A stretch of 64,000 nt of DNA from the UHGV virus genome UHGV-1451962. One strand, written 5' to 3'. The position numbers were made by a program, and so were the translations under genes. The notes beneath the pieces were generated by a model. The model did not search any database, was not told the DNA's origin, and was given only the letters and a program-made list of their open reading frames with translations. Shown one piece after another: positions 45,597 to 57,190 of this stretch. Position 1 is the stretch's first letter; the number at the start of each line of letters is the position of its first letter. The stretch is from a virus.

Positions 45597-48500
45597 TATC
45601 TCCCTGAAGTCTTGTATGTCTTAAAATTAAATCTCCATGTTCATCAATATTATCAATATGATATAATCGATGAGAAATACTAGAAGCATATTTTTTACTA
45701 ACAAATTCGTCCCCCCGACGAATACCCTGAATTAAAATCATATTACCTCTATTAAACCAACTCTTTTCAATCACTTTCTTAGTTCCATCTGATTGACGTT
45801 CAGAAATTTGTTTATCAAAAACAGCGAAATGTTCCTTTCTTAACTTTACTGGTACTACTCCAGTAGTAGTTAAAAGATAAACAATTCCTTTTGGTTTATT
45901 TTTTGCAATACAAGTTCCGCAAATTTTATGCAGTTTATAAATAGGAATTTGAATAGCACCTTTTTTGAAAAACTTTTCTACTTCTGGTTCAGCAGGTAAT
46001 TGCTCAAAATCAACAATACCATATTTGTTCTTATTAACATTAATCAATTCATGCGGATGATAATAAAAACATAAAGCTTCCATTTCCCAAGAAGATAAAT
46101 TACCAGAAGCATATTTTTCCCAATCTTTCATAAAAATACTTGTATTTAACTTATTTAAAATATTTTGTTTATCTTGATTAATCCAATTTCTAAAAACATC
46201 CATCCAAGTTTGATAAATGTTTTTATCCCAAATTTTCTTATTTAAGAAATAATTATTTTCAATCCAATGTCCATAATCCATTTCATAAATAAAATTTAAA
46301 GCTCTTTCATCAAGTTTATAATATTCATTGTCATATTTACATTCATTTTTTAAATATCTGTTAAATTCATAAATTTTTCTTGCGGTTATTTGTTCTTCTG
46401 TTTCTTCTGGCAAAATTTTATGTCTAATTAATCCTGGAAGATTCTGTAAAGTTAATCTTGATTTTTTATCACAAGTAAGCCACAAATAAGTAATCATTGT
46501 GTCATATCTAGGAGACAAATTATCAAAAGCACCGCCTTTAATCAAAGTAATCATTGCTTGTTTATTAGGTCTAACTCGATTGTAAAAATCTATCATAGAA
46601 TTATAAGGACGTTTAGCAATAATATCTTTAATTAAATCATCTCCGACATTAAGCAAACTTTTTAAACCCATCCAAATTAAATTCTGTTTTTCATCAGGAA
46701 CAAAATTATATTGTGAATTATTAATATCTACAAGAGAAATTTTAATATTTGCTTTTTGCATTTTTCCTAAAGCAGTAGCAATTTTGTTATAATCAGTGCT
46801 TCCATCTTCTCCACCTGCATCATTAATAAGACAAGCGCAATTCCAATAAACAATAGGAAATTTAAAAGCTAAATTCATTTCTTGAACAGCAATGATAGAA
46901 TAGGCAAGCGTATGAGATAGATTAAATCCATATCCTCGACTAGTTGCAATTAACACATTCCAAACATAATTACAAAGATTTTGACTTAAACTTTTTTCTT
47001 TTACTTCTGTAAAATACTTTTTAGTAAGTTCATCATATGCAGCAGGATTTTTCTTTGCAATAGCTTTTCGCAAACTATCAGCAAAAGTCAAATCAAAACC
47101 ACCGCACTCTGGAATTTGAACTAATTGCATAAATCCTTCCTGACTCTCACATATACCATAACTACCAGAAAGATATGGTTTAAGTAATTCTTGCTCTTGT
47201 TGAGTTAATCCATAGTTTTCCATTTCTTGATACCACAAATTAATATTTGCTTTAAAGCGAGCATATTTATTTAAAGGTTGTTCTCCACCTTTTTCCTGAG
47301 CCATTAATCGAATAATTGAATTTAAGTGGGCTAAATCTTCAACTGATTTAGGGTGAGTTAATGCAATGCCTTGTATTCCACTTTGTTTTTCCATTTGGAA
47401 TAAAGATTGAATTTCATGGTTATTAACCATTTTCCACATTTCAGAATCATTGCGTTCAATATTATATACACCTAAAATTTCTTCATAAGTTTCTCTTAAA
47501 GAACCTTTATCTTGAATTTTATTTGCTGCAAGTAAAAGATCGAGACAATTATGCATTTTATCCATAGCTTCAACGGATAATAGATCATACTTGATAAGAC
47601 TTACATCTTCAGCCCGATGTAGATCATAACCTGTTACTATTGTTCCATCAGGAGCACGCATTAAAGAAGCGGACTCAGTAAAAGGTTCATCCACAAAAAT
47701 AACTCCGCCTGCATGAATACCAGAACGACAAATCAAACCTTCAATTTTATGAGCTACATCCCACAATTCAGGATATTCTTTCATTTTATCAACAAAAGGT
47801 CTAATGATAGGATAACCATTTTCTTTATCACCATAATAACATTGAGATAAAGTGCGAATTAATCCTCTATCTGCGGGAATAAGAGACGCAATATATTGAG
47901 CTTCATCTACATCAATACCTAAACCTCTACAAGCTGTTAAAATAGCACTTTTAGAAGTTTCTTTACCAAAAGTGATAACATTTGCAACTCTATCTTCACC
48001 ATAAACTTCTCTTAGGTGAGAAAGAACTTGCGCTCTTTTAGATCCTTCAATATCTACATCTACATCCAAAACAGAAACTCGACTAGGGTTAAGAAATCTC
48101 CAACTAAAAGTTTGAACAGTTTCTCGCAAAGGATTAATTTGCGTTATATCTAAAAGATATAACAAAATAAAACCAACACCTGAACCACGACCTGGGCCAA
48201 CTAAACTGCCAGCCTCCCAACAGCAATCAATAATTTTTTGAAGATTTAAATAATAAGCACTCCAATGAGTTTTATTTACTATTGATGATTCCCAAGTTTT
48301 ATCCAAACAATCATTAATTGCTTCATAAGTCTTTTGATTTCTTAAAGTTTCATCTTTTTCTAATCGTTCAATAATAGCTTTAGCCAATTCTACATCACCA
48401 ATATAATCAGATTCAATAAATTCCTTCAAAAGAGGAATATCATTTACCCAATCATATAAATTACTTTTTGGATTAAAAATTTTCCAAGGCAATTGTGGAA

Positions 48501-49416
48501 TTTTTAGAGATTTCCGCAAATCATAATCTTCACATTGCGAAGCAATATAATTAATATTTTTATATGCTTCATCAAGAGAAAAATCAAAATGAGATTCAAG
48601 TTCTTCAGTAGTCATCATATAAGTTGTAGCATAAAAAGCATCAACTTCTCTCTCACCATCTTGAGAATTAAGATATGCTTTATGAATTGGTCGATCTTCT
48701 AATCGAGCATAATGTGAATCTGTAGTTACAATCCAAGGAATATTTAATTCTTTTGCAATTTTTAATAGCTGTTGATTAGCTAAGTATTGTTCATTATCTT
48801 TTTTCTCAGGTGGCTGCAATTCAATATAAAAATTACCTTCTCCAAATAATTTTACCATTGATTTACACCATTTAATAAGATGATTTTTTCTTTCTTCATC
48901 TGGATTTTCAACTAACTTTAAACATTCTGAGGACAAAAAACCACCCAAACAAGCGCTTGATGCAATAAGATGACCTTTATTATTATCAATAATATCAATT
49001 AAATCTTGATAATAAGTGGGGACTCTTCGCATTTTACCTGTTTTATAACTTCTTAACCATGCGCGAGTAGAAATTTCTCTAAGTTGTTTATGACCTTCTT
49101 TATCTTTTGCTAATAAGATAAAATGATAATAACTATCTTCTCCTGAAATAAAATTATCTTGATTTAATCCATTTCGACAAAGATAAATCTCATTACCTAA
49201 AATTAGTTTAAAATCAGGATTATCTTTTTTAATCTTTTCATAATAAGATAAGGCAGATAAATGTCCTGATAAACAATCATGGTCAGTAATAGCTAATACT
49301 TTATGCCCCAAAGAAACAGCTGTATCAATTAAATTTTCTACTTTTATGATACAATCGCGTAGACGAATATTACTGAACTCCGAGTGATTATGTACACTAC
49401 CTGGAAATTTCAACAA
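45577..49416 (-). CDS. DNA polymerase III alpha-type (DnaE-like) replicative polymerase
   Basis: 1279 aa; N-terminal PHP-domain signature (VHNHSEFS…ITDHD), size and layout typical of the DnaE family. Confidence 0.75.
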   Translation of the reverse strand: MLKFPGSVHNHSEFSNIRLRDCIIKVENLIDTAVSLGHKVLAITDHDCLSGHLSALSYYEKIKKDNPDFKLILGNEIYLCRNGLNQDNFISGEDSYYHFILLAKDKEGHKQLREISTRAWLRSYKTGKMRRVPTYYQDLIDIIDNNKGHLIASSACLGGFLSSECLKLVENPDEERKNHLIKWCKSMVKLFGEGNFYIELQPPEKKDNEQYLANQQLLKIAKELNIPWIVTTDSHYARLEDRPIHKAYLNSQDGEREVDAFYATTYMMTTEELESHFDFSLDEAYKNINYIASQCEDYDLRKSLKIPQLPWKIFNPKSNLYDWVNDIPLLKEFIESDYIGDVELAKAIIERLEKDETLRNQKTYEAINDCLDKTWESSIVNKTHWSAYYLNLQKIIDCCWEAGSLVGPGRGSGVGFILLYLLDITQINPLRETVQTFSWRFLNPSRVSVLDVDVDIEGSKRAQVLSHLREVYGEDRVANVITFGKETSKSAILTACRGLGIDVDEAQYIASLIPADRGLIRTLSQCYYGDKENGYPIIRPFVDKMKEYPELWDVAHKIEGLICRSGIHAGGVIFVDEPFTESASLMRAPDGTIVTGYDLHRAEDVSLIKYDLLSVEAMDKMHNCLDLLLAANKIQDKGSLRETYEEILGVYNIERNDSEMWKMVNNHEIQSLFQMEKQSGIQGIALTHPKSVEDLAHLNSIIRLMAQEKGGEQPLNKYARFKANINLWYQEMENYGLTQQEQELLKPYLSGSYGICESQEGFMQLVQIPECGGFDLTFADSLRKAIAKKNPAAYDELTKKYFTEVKEKSLSQNLCNYVWNVLIATSRGYGFNLSHTLAYSIIAVQEMNLAFKFPIVYWNCACLINDAGGEDGSTDYNKIATALGKMQKANIKISLVDINNSQYNFVPDEKQNLIWMGLKSLLNVGDDLIKDIIAKRPYNSMIDFYNRVRPNKQAMITLIKGGAFDNLSPRYDTMITYLWLTCDKKSRLTLQNLPGLIRHKILPEETEEQITARKIYEFNRYLKNECKYDNEYYKLDERALNFIYEMDYGHWIENNYFLNKKIWDKNIYQTWMDVFRNWINQDKQNILNKLNTSIFMKDWEKYASGNLSSWEMEALCFYYHPHELINVNKNKYGIVDFEQLPAEPEVEKFFKKGAIQIPIYKLHKICGTCIAKNKPKGIVYLLTTTGVVPVKLRKEHFAVFDKQISERQSDGTKKVIEKSWFNRGNMILIQGIRRGDEFVSKKYASSISHRLYHIDNIDEHGDLILRHTRLQGDIEDEED

Positions 49417-49454
49417 ATTATCACACCTTTCTTATTATATTATATCATATTTTT

Positions 49455-50624
49455 TTAATTTTTTAAAACAAGAGTAAGTTTTTCAGATGCACGAGTCACT
49501 AAAGTATATAAATATCTTTTATGTTCTTCTTGTTTAAAAGGAAAGTTTTCTTCAATACCTAATACCTTTTGATATTCGCTGCCTTGTGCTTTCCAACAAG
49601 TAATTGCATAACCATAGTCAAAACTTTGAAGTTTGTAATTTTTAGGTAAAAGATAATAATTATCTTGAGTAACACTTGGCGTATGATTTACTAATTGATT
49701 ATAATCTACATTATTCATAGAAAATAATCCTAAAAGATTTTCATCATCGTATTCTTCTGGCATAAAATCTAATTTAAGAATATTATCTTTTAAATTTTTA
49801 TCATATAAAACCTTATAATTTTTGATAGTTCCAATTGCACCATTAATAAGTGGGTCTTCCAAAGAATTTAATTTTTTCCAATCATTATGCAGACAAATAA
49901 TTTTATCTCCAACAACAGGAAGAGCACCTGAATCAACGCCCCAGAATAATTTGCGGCAAACATCATTTAAGTAATATCTAGTATCATTTTTAGCACAGAT
50001 AATCTGATCTGCCCAAGCTAGCATACCTTGATTTAAATCAGAAGCACAAACTACATTTACCTCTTTTCCTTTAAAAGGTTTAATAAGTTTGCCATTTCTA
50101 ATATCCATGCTTAACCTAATAATTTCACTTTCTTGCGCTTGTCGCATAATTTCATCAAGAAAAACATGTGGATTATTTAGAATATCTGTTCCTTCTGTTA
50201 AAGCAGGTAACTGACCAGGGTCACCAGTTGCTAGAACAGGAATGTGATGGGAGAGAAGAAGTTCCCACATTTTTTTAGGTAACATGGAAATTTCATCTAC
50301 CACAATAAGTTTATAATCATCAATAGTCAATTTAGGATAAAATCTATATGTTCCATTAGGATTTTTTACAGCTTTATAAAGTAACTTATGAGCAGTCATT
50401 GCATTTTTATTACCTTTTGATTTTAAAACTTTAGCGGCTTTACCTGTATAAGCAATAAAAGCTACATCATTTTCTTTATCTAAATTTAAAGCATCAATAA
50501 TAAAACCTACTAATGTGCTTTTGCCAGCTCCAGCGTATCCCGAAATTACAGTATATGGTTCTTTAGATCTATATCTTTGTACTGCAATCTGCAATCCTTG
50601 GTATTGTTTATCAGTTAGAGTCAT
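49455..50624 (-). CDS. SF1 DNA helicase (RecD/Dda/Pif1-like)
   Basis: Walker A GYAGAGKST, Walker B VVDEISML, C-terminal motif CWKAQGSE; start placed at the internal ATG with upstream ggagga. Confidence 0.65.
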   Translation of the reverse strand: MTLTDKQYQGLQIAVQRYRSKEPYTVISGYAGAGKSTLVGFIIDALNLDKENDVAFIAYTGKAAKVLKSKGNKNAMTAHKLLYKAVKNPNGTYRFYPKLTIDDYKLIVVDEISMLPKKMWELLLSHHIPVLATGDPGQLPALTEGTDILNNPHVFLDEIMRQAQESEIIRLSMDIRNGKLIKPFKGKEVNVVCASDLNQGMLAWADQIICAKNDTRYYLNDVCRKLFWGVDSGALPVVGDKIICLHNDWKKLNSLEDPLINGAIGTIKNYKVLYDKNLKDNILKLDFMPEEYDDENLLGLFSMNNVDYNQLVNHTPSVTQDNYYLLPKNYKLQSFDYGYAITCWKAQGSEYQKVLGIEENFPFKQEEHKRYLYTLVTRASEKLTLVLKN

Positions 50625-50847
50625 TTTTATCCTCCAAAAGGTTTTCTCTAAGAATATCAAAGAAACGTAAACAATCTCTTCTCGCTAAATTCATTCGTGT
50701 TTCAAATTCTTGGCCATTTTTAACTTCATAAATAGCTAACATCATTCTTGCGTATTTATATCTTAAACACAAACTGTCAAAAACATATTCTTTAATTTTC
50801 ATATCTTTTTCTTCAAAAACTTCTTGCAACTTATAAATATCATCCAT
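50611..50847 (-). CDS. hypothetical protein
   Basis: 78-aa ORF overlapping the helicase start region. Confidence 0.3.
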   Translation of the reverse strand: MDDIYKLQEVFEEKDMKIKEYVFDSLCLRYKYARMMLAIYEVKNGQEFETRMNLARRDCLRFFDILRENLLEDKNDSN

Positions 50848-50941
50848 TTTAATTTTTCTCCTATTTACTTTAAAAATTACTAAACTCCATTTTAATTCAT
50901 CGTCTCCGCGCCGATGAGCTTCCAGCTAAAACTTTCAAAAA

Positions 50942-52678
50942 TCAAAAGAAATAATCTTGATGAGATACAATTTCATAATCTTGAATAATTAATTGCGGAT
51001 TAATGTTCCCGCAATATTCATTTATCTCACACTTACAAAGAATATCTATAATTACACAACCTTGTTCAGTATATAAGTTATTATATTCTTCTTCTCCTGA
51101 TTTAAACTTAATTGCTTTTATATTATCTTTTAAATCAATTTTTAATGTAGGATTTCTATCTTTTGCCATAAGGTGAAGATTATTTGCAGTTACTCGAATT
51201 CCTTTTATAACTATCAAAGCTTCTTCTACGTCTTTTCCCCAAAGATGTTTTAAATTACCAATATCTAAAATGTTTTTAGCCAAAATATCAGAATATTGCC
51301 ATATAAAATCTACTCTATAATCAGGAGTAAATTCCACATTTTTTAATTCTTGATTGCAATAATCTATAAATTTCGATAAATTTTCATCTGAAATAGATAA
51401 ACCATGAGCATTAGCATGTCCTTGCGCCCAATTAATTAAATTAGATTTTTGTTCAAAGGTTTGTAAATCTTTTAATTGAGATTTTTCATACCCTCTTGCT
51501 GAACCTTCCCAAATTATTTTATTGTCTATATTATATTCATTTAAAATAATAACAGGACGCTGGTACTCTGAAACCAGTCGATTTGCAATTAATCCAGAAA
51601 TAGATCTATTAATTGGCTCTTCTGGAGTTGATTGAATTATTAAAATTTTATTTTTTAATAAATCTTTTTCTTCAATTTGATTACTAATAATCTCAATGTT
51701 TTCATCTCTAATTTTATTTTGATGATTTTTAATATTATTACTCATTCTAACCGCTTGAGTAACAATTGCTTCCATTTGTCCTTTGCATCCTCGTTTAGTA
51801 GAAGGAATTTGATTTAAAGCTTTCCAATTAAGCATTGCTTCAAATAATATTTTCTTTTCTTCTTTTGTCCCCAATCTAGCAACTGCATTAATATAAGGTA
51901 CAATATAAAAAGCAACTCCTATGGATGTAATATTGGTACCTAATTGATAACTATTTTTTTCTACCATTTCTCGCATAAAAGGATTTTGAATATTTTCTAA
52001 TCCTTTTCTAGTTAAATAAGATGTTTCTAAATCTCTTAAACTCATAACGTCTCCTGTTAAACCAAGAGACACTAAATCAAGAAAATTATCTGCGTAATCG
52101 AAGTTAAGTAAATTATCAATATACTTACAAAATTTATATACCATACCTGCACCGGATAATGATTTAGTTGGATAATCACAGAGTTGATTGTTTATCACAC
52201 AGGCGAAAGGACTAACTTTATCTGCTTTATGATGGTCAATTACTAAAACATCAATTCCTTTATTGGATAATTGTTCATGTATATCATACTCATTACTACT
52301 AGAGTCTAAAGCTATAACCAATTTAGTTTCTTGCGGAATTTGGTCTAACCAAATACCATGAGCTTTATGCGGGTGAAAATCATAAATAATATTTGCTTCT
52401 ACTATTGATGGAACAATTTTATATAAATAATTTAAAAAAATAGCAGCAGAAGTAAATCCATCATCATCATCATCTACAATTAAATAAATTAAATCTTTTC
52501 CTAAGTGACGAAAAAGCATTTCTACTCCTTGCTGCATATTATTTATTAAATTTGGATTATAAATAACAGAATCATTTGGATTCAAATAAGTTTGTATATC
52601 TTGAATCCCTCTGTTATTTAAAATTTGTTCCACTATTGATTTATTTGAATCAATAGGATTAATTAATTTATAGTTCAT
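50942..52678 (-). CDS. DHH-family phosphoesterase (RecJ-like nuclease)
   Basis: 578 aa; IVDDDDDGF (motif I) and VIDHHKAD (DHH motif). Confidence 0.55.
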   Translation of the reverse strand: MNYKLINPIDSNKSIVEQILNNRGIQDIQTYLNPNDSVIYNPNLINNMQQGVEMLFRHLGKDLIYLIVDDDDDGFTSAAIFLNYLYKIVPSIVEANIIYDFHPHKAHGIWLDQIPQETKLVIALDSSSNEYDIHEQLSNKGIDVLVIDHHKADKVSPFACVINNQLCDYPTKSLSGAGMVYKFCKYIDNLLNFDYADNFLDLVSLGLTGDVMSLRDLETSYLTRKGLENIQNPFMREMVEKNSYQLGTNITSIGVAFYIVPYINAVARLGTKEEKKILFEAMLNWKALNQIPSTKRGCKGQMEAIVTQAVRMSNNIKNHQNKIRDENIEIISNQIEEKDLLKNKILIIQSTPEEPINRSISGLIANRLVSEYQRPVIILNEYNIDNKIIWEGSARGYEKSQLKDLQTFEQKSNLINWAQGHANAHGLSISDENLSKFIDYCNQELKNVEFTPDYRVDFIWQYSDILAKNILDIGNLKHLWGKDVEEALIVIKGIRVTANNLHLMAKDRNPTLKIDLKDNIKAIKFKSGEEEYNNLYTEQGCVIIDILCKCEINEYCGNINPQLIIQDYEIVSHQDYFF

Positions 52679-52715
52679 AGTGTTAATCTCCTTTCATGCG
52701 GAGATCACCACTACT

Positions 52716-53813
52716 TTATTTTGGAATAATTCTTTCAGATAATAATTTTTCAAATATGTCCCTCCCCATATCACTTGGACTAGATTTATAAGGAGTAATC
52801 ATATTTTTATCAAAAATTGCTGTTATCTGAATTAAATTTCCATATTTTCTATTTAAATTAATTAATTTATTCTTTAATCTTTGAAATTCATTATCACCTA
52901 TTTCTTTAAACTGCCTATCAAAAGCAATGATAATTTCCTTTACCCCTAATTTTTCTAATAAATATATTTGGTAGCTTGAAATATTACTACCACAACACGC
53001 TACTGAAATATTATTTTCAAAGCCATAAAAAGTTTGTAATTGAAGAGTGCTTTTTTCAGATTCAAAAATAATTGCGGTCTTACTAGCTTTAATATTTTCT
53101 TTACTATTGTTTAAATTATATAAATTCATACTTAAAGGATGACTATATATAATATTATTAATTTGCAGAGGTCTGTATTTGCCAAATCTCTCTGCATTTT
53201 CTTGAATTAAAGCTCTACCTCTAATTCCAATTAATCTATTGTTTATATCGAAATGCGGAATTGTTATTTGTTCTCCTGCTGGAAAATAACCAATTAAATT
53301 TTTTAAATTAATTTGATGTGAAATTCCTTCTTGCTCCCAATCAAAAATTCTTGGATAAGAAAAATTCTCTAAAATTTTTGGATTATATTCTTTTAAAATT
53401 GGATTTTGTTTTAAAGAAGGTAATGAAAAATCATGTCTCTTAAAAACTACCCATTGTTCAGAATTGTTATTTTGGTTTGGGCGTTCCGCTTCTCCCAAAC
53501 CAAAATAACTAGCAATATAAACCATTGCATCATATAATTCCCATTCATAACCTTTTTGAATTTTCATAGCTTTAATTACTAATTCAAAAACATCAAAAGT
53601 AGAATCACAATCTGTGAAACATTTAAACAAATGAGAATTTTGATAATAGTATAATTTTCTGGAACCTTCACCTGGATAATTATGACAAATAGTCTGCGAA
53701 ATAAGTCCAGTCTCTACATATTCTGGTTCTCCTCCTAGTTCTGCGACTAAATCATAAATATTTTCTAAATCTAGCTGTTCTTTTAGAGAATCTTTATTGT
53801 AATAACCGGCCAT
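52716..53813 (-). CDS. DNA primase (DnaG-like zinc finger)
   Basis: 365 aa; CHC2-type zinc-binding pattern CHNYPGEG…HLFKCFTDC near the N-terminus. Confidence 0.55.
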   Translation of the reverse strand: MAGYYNKDSLKEQLDLENIYDLVAELGGEPEYVETGLISQTICHNYPGEGSRKLYYYQNSHLFKCFTDCDSTFDVFELVIKAMKIQKGYEWELYDAMVYIASYFGLGEAERPNQNNNSEQWVVFKRHDFSLPSLKQNPILKEYNPKILENFSYPRIFDWEQEGISHQINLKNLIGYFPAGEQITIPHFDINNRLIGIRGRALIQENAERFGKYRPLQINNIIYSHPLSMNLYNLNNSKENIKASKTAIIFESEKSTLQLQTFYGFENNISVACCGSNISSYQIYLLEKLGVKEIIIAFDRQFKEIGDNEFQRLKNKLINLNRKYGNLIQITAIFDKNMITPYKSSPSDMGRDIFEKLLSERIIPK

Positions 53814-53815
53814 AA

Positions 53816-54022
53816 TTAATATGTAATTACATTAACAACTTTACCTCTCAGACCAAATTCATTATTAACAATTTTAGTAACATATTCATAAGGATTCATT
53901 CGCTTCTCTTCCTTATTGCGAGTCTTCAATAAACCCTCAAACATAGAGATAGGCATCTTATAATCAATTTTCTTTTCATTCTTCACCGCGGGCATATGAG
54001 AGTTAGCATAATAAATAGTCAT
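53816..54022 (-). CDS. hypothetical protein
   Basis: 68-aa ORF between primase and helicase. Confidence 0.3.
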   Translation of the reverse strand: MTIYYANSHMPAVKNEKKIDYKMPISMFEGLLKTRNKEEKRMNPYEYVTKIVNNEFGLRGKVVNVITY

Positions 54023-54036
54023 TAATATTCTCCTTT

Positions 54037-55566
54037 TTAAAATGCGGAAGGTTCATCTTCCATAATAATTTTTATATCTTCAATAGGAACTAAATCGTAG
54101 TTCCATTTTGTAACAAATTGTGGTTGAATTCTACAAATACCTAAATCAGAAGCACACCATAAATAAACCCCTTTATAAGAACCTCTTCTGTTTTTATAAA
54201 CTGAAATCTTTTTATCAGGAATTTGAAAATTATTTGTAGACAAAATTGGCTTTAATGTTTCTAAATCCTCTTCTGTTACATCCAAAATAATTTCACCTAT
54301 ATCCACCTTATCTGCTAAGCTTTTTGCACCTCTTAGCAAACTTTGGTCAGGAGTATCAGTATTGCGGAAATCACCTGAAAGCTGTGTTGCAGTAATAAGA
54401 AAAATGCCATACTCATTACAAATATCTTTAAGTCTAACGCTTAACATAAAAAGAATATTGTCTTCTCTTAATCTTACTCCACCACTTCGTCTTGTAACTT
54501 CCTCAAGAATCTTCATTGTACTTTGAATGTAGTCGAAACAAACATAAGCTATATCATGTTCTCTGATATTTCTTTTAACAGTATTCTCTACATCCATTAA
54601 AGAATAATCAGGCAATAATTCTACCCAAATAGGTGATTCAGATAAAATCTTTCCTGCTTCAATAACTCGTTCTTCTTCTCCTGCTTTGTATTCACCTCTA
54701 AGAATATGGTCTTCATTTACCGCAGAAAGAAAAGCCAGCATCATAGTTTGAATTTCTTCTTTATCTTGTTCAGTACCAATAAATAAAGTTGGTAAAGAAG
54801 CTCCATTTTTAATCCACATACCAAAATTAGTATCATAAATTTTATTACAAGCAAAATTACAAGCATCTGCAATTAAAGCTCTAGTTTTACCTGCACCAGT
54901 AGCAGCGGATCTAAGATATAATTTTCTAAGTCTTGCACCTCTAGTAACGGTATTAACCAGTCTCCCATAAAGTGGAGCACCAACTTCAGGATTCTTTTTA
55001 AAATTTTCAATTAATTCTAAAATTCCTTCTCCTGCTTGATATCCTCCAATAACATTATTATCAATATATTTGACTTTAATATCATCAATTCGTTTGTCAA
55101 TAATATCAGCTATTTCAATAAGAGAAGTAGAATCCAGCCAGTCTTCTTGCTTTTGTTTCTTTTTTAAATCTAAAATATTATTAGTATCATATAGAAAAGA
55201 AACATCTACTCCAAATTTATCATAAGCTCTTAATAAAGTAAATTTTTTTAATCGACTATAATAATATTTAAAAGTATCTCTAGTGGCTAATTCTGCGGCT
55301 TTAGTTACATACTCTAAACCACCATTTGCTTTAAACACAGCTTCATATTTGGGTCTAACTGCCAAATAATCAACAATAGTATCTAAAGTAATTGCTGATT
55401 TTGCTTCATGTATATTGTACATAGACCCAAAAATAATTTTGTGAACTTCTTCTGTAAAATCTTCTTCAAAAATAGGAAATTCATCAGGTGCATCTAAAAT
55501 TGAATTATCATTAAAAACACAACCAATAACTTGGGCTACTGCCGTTAAATCTATATATTTACTCAT
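54037..55566 (-). CDS. DnaB-like replicative helicase
   Basis: 509 aa; Walker A AATGAGKT and DnaB-like CFDYIQS motif. Confidence 0.6.
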   Translation of the reverse strand: MSKYIDLTAVAQVIGCVFNDNSILDAPDEFPIFEEDFTEEVHKIIFGSMYNIHEAKSAITLDTIVDYLAVRPKYEAVFKANGGLEYVTKAAELATRDTFKYYYSRLKKFTLLRAYDKFGVDVSFLYDTNNILDLKKKQKQEDWLDSTSLIEIADIIDKRIDDIKVKYIDNNVIGGYQAGEGILELIENFKKNPEVGAPLYGRLVNTVTRGARLRKLYLRSAATGAGKTRALIADACNFACNKIYDTNFGMWIKNGASLPTLFIGTEQDKEEIQTMMLAFLSAVNEDHILRGEYKAGEEERVIEAGKILSESPIWVELLPDYSLMDVENTVKRNIREHDIAYVCFDYIQSTMKILEEVTRRSGGVRLREDNILFMLSVRLKDICNEYGIFLITATQLSGDFRNTDTPDQSLLRGAKSLADKVDIGEIILDVTEEDLETLKPILSTNNFQIPDKKISVYKNRRGSYKGVYLWCASDLGICRIQPQFVTKWNYDLVPIEDIKIIMEDEPSAF

Positions 55567-56140
55567 TCATATCTTCCTCCAAAAAAGTAAAAAATCTTTT
55601 CCTTTTTCTCATTGGCTCTCTTGTTTTAGGGGGAGTGATATGAATTTCTTCTGTAGGCAGAATAAAATTTTCTATTTCTTTATTTTCATTTCTTTGCTGA
55701 TTTTCCCAAATTGTATAATAATAATTTCTAGCATTTTCATACTGATAAGGGACAATTCCAATTCTGCCTTGAGCCTTTCCTAAATCTCCACCTTTTACTT
55801 CAAAATGATATTTTAAAGTTTTTAAAATACCAGAATAAGTATAATGATTTTCATTTACATAGTCTTTAATTTGTTTATAAACTACTTTAGGAATTATATC
55901 ATAATTAAAAAGTTGTTTAATATATTCTTCTAAAGCAATCCGGTTTTTTTCTTCTTCTGCAATATTTTGACTATATCTTTCATAACATAACTTATGTGCA
56001 TATCTTCTTTTATTAGGAATTGGTATACATTCTTCTTTGTCTCGGTCAAATGTACTTCCGCACACAAAACATTTTACTTTATGTGCAATTTTTATCACTT
56101 CCTTTTTTAATATTATAACATATATTTGAACAAAAGTCAA
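55559..56140 (-). CDS. hypothetical zinc-finger-like protein
   Basis: 193 aa; CFVCGS…HKLC cysteine pattern; track start overlaps a terminator hairpin, so the true start may be internal. Confidence 0.3.
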   Translation of the reverse strand: MTFVQIYVIILKKEVIKIAHKVKCFVCGSTFDRDKEECIPIPNKRRYAHKLCYERYSQNIAEEEKNRIALEEYIKQLFNYDIIPKVVYKQIKDYVNENHYTYSGILKTLKYHFEVKGGDLGKAQGRIGIVPYQYENARNYYYTIWENQQRNENKEIENFILPTEEIHITPPKTREPMRKRKRFFTFLEEDMNE

Positions 56141-56162
56141 GAGGATTATCCTCTTGACTTTT
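56132..56162. terminator. hairpin terminator (bidirectional)
   Basis: Perfect 14-bp stem aaaagtcaagagga / tcctcttgactttt with 3-nt loop, downstream of the ATPase gene. Confidence 0.5.
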
Positions 56163-56178
56163 GTTATTATTGCTATAA

Positions 56179-57150
56179 TTAATTCATTAAATCTTTCAAA
56201 TCATGTACAATCAAATCCAACTGTTCAGACTGATCAGGAGTACATTCACCGACTTTCTTACCCTTACCCAAATACTTATCAGTAATTGCGGTAATCTTAA
56301 CTGCATTTGTTTGATTGCTAGACATCAACTGTCCAACCAAATCCTGAAACTCATTCATCAAACCATCAAAATCATATTCAGTATCCTTAGAAACAACCTG
56401 TGTAGGTTTATCTGTAATATATTGACCATTTGTTTGCTGAGACTGCTTATCAATAGCTTCAGCAATAGCATTTACTAGATTATCATAACTGAAATTAATA
56501 TAATCAGGAATATAAGCAAATCGACTACCTGCAACAAATCTAGGAGTACCTCTCATATACAAACGAGTTTTAACTCCATCTTCTGTATTCACAGCAGTAG
56601 AATAACCAATAATATCACAAGTTCTTTCACAAATCAAGCGGCCTCTCTTATCAAGAGTAGGAACAATCTGATTAAATTCTGCTCCCGATTCATCCTTAAA
56701 GACTTTATCTGTGGCATGAGAAATAAGGACAAGACCATAATTTAGCTGTAAAATCTTTCTAATAGACTCATCAAATTCATTGCCAACCATTGCATATCCC
56801 TTGCCGTATGCAAGATCAGCAATTGTATCTACACCTTCACGACTACAGATATAACGCTCACAATAACTATAAGCAATATCCGCTGTATCAATTACAATAG
56901 TTGAAAACTTTTCCTGCACTTCAGAATTTTTTAATTCCTGCAAAGTTTTCTTAAACTCACCCCAAGAATTAATGGGCTGGGCGTAAACACCAGGCAATGC
57001 ATTATAACCTTTCTCGAAAGCTAACAAAAGTGAACCTGGGAATCTAGAAGCGACAGTCGTTTTACCACTCTTAGGTGCTCCGTAGAAAAGAACTGAATAT
57101 CCCCGCAGATCTCTCGAAACTTCATGCGGCTTAATATCAAGCAAACCCAT
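56179..57150 (-). CDS. P-loop NTPase (RecA-like / AAA-type)
   Basis: 323 aa; Walker A YGAPKSGKTT and Walker B-like IVIDTAD. Confidence 0.45.
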   Translation of the reverse strand: MGLLDIKPHEVSRDLRGYSVLFYGAPKSGKTTVASRFPGSLLLAFEKGYNALPGVYAQPINSWGEFKKTLQELKNSEVQEKFSTIVIDTADIAYSYCERYICSREGVDTIADLAYGKGYAMVGNEFDESIRKILQLNYGLVLISHATDKVFKDESGAEFNQIVPTLDKRGRLICERTCDIIGYSTAVNTEDGVKTRLYMRGTPRFVAGSRFAYIPDYINFSYDNLVNAIAEAIDKQSQQTNGQYITDKPTQVVSKDTEYDFDGLMNEFQDLVGQLMSSNQTNAVKITAITDKYLGKGKKVGECTPDQSEQLDLIVHDLKDLMN

Positions 57151-57190
57151 AAAACAATCTCCTTTTTAAATAAAATAATTTTAAAGAAAA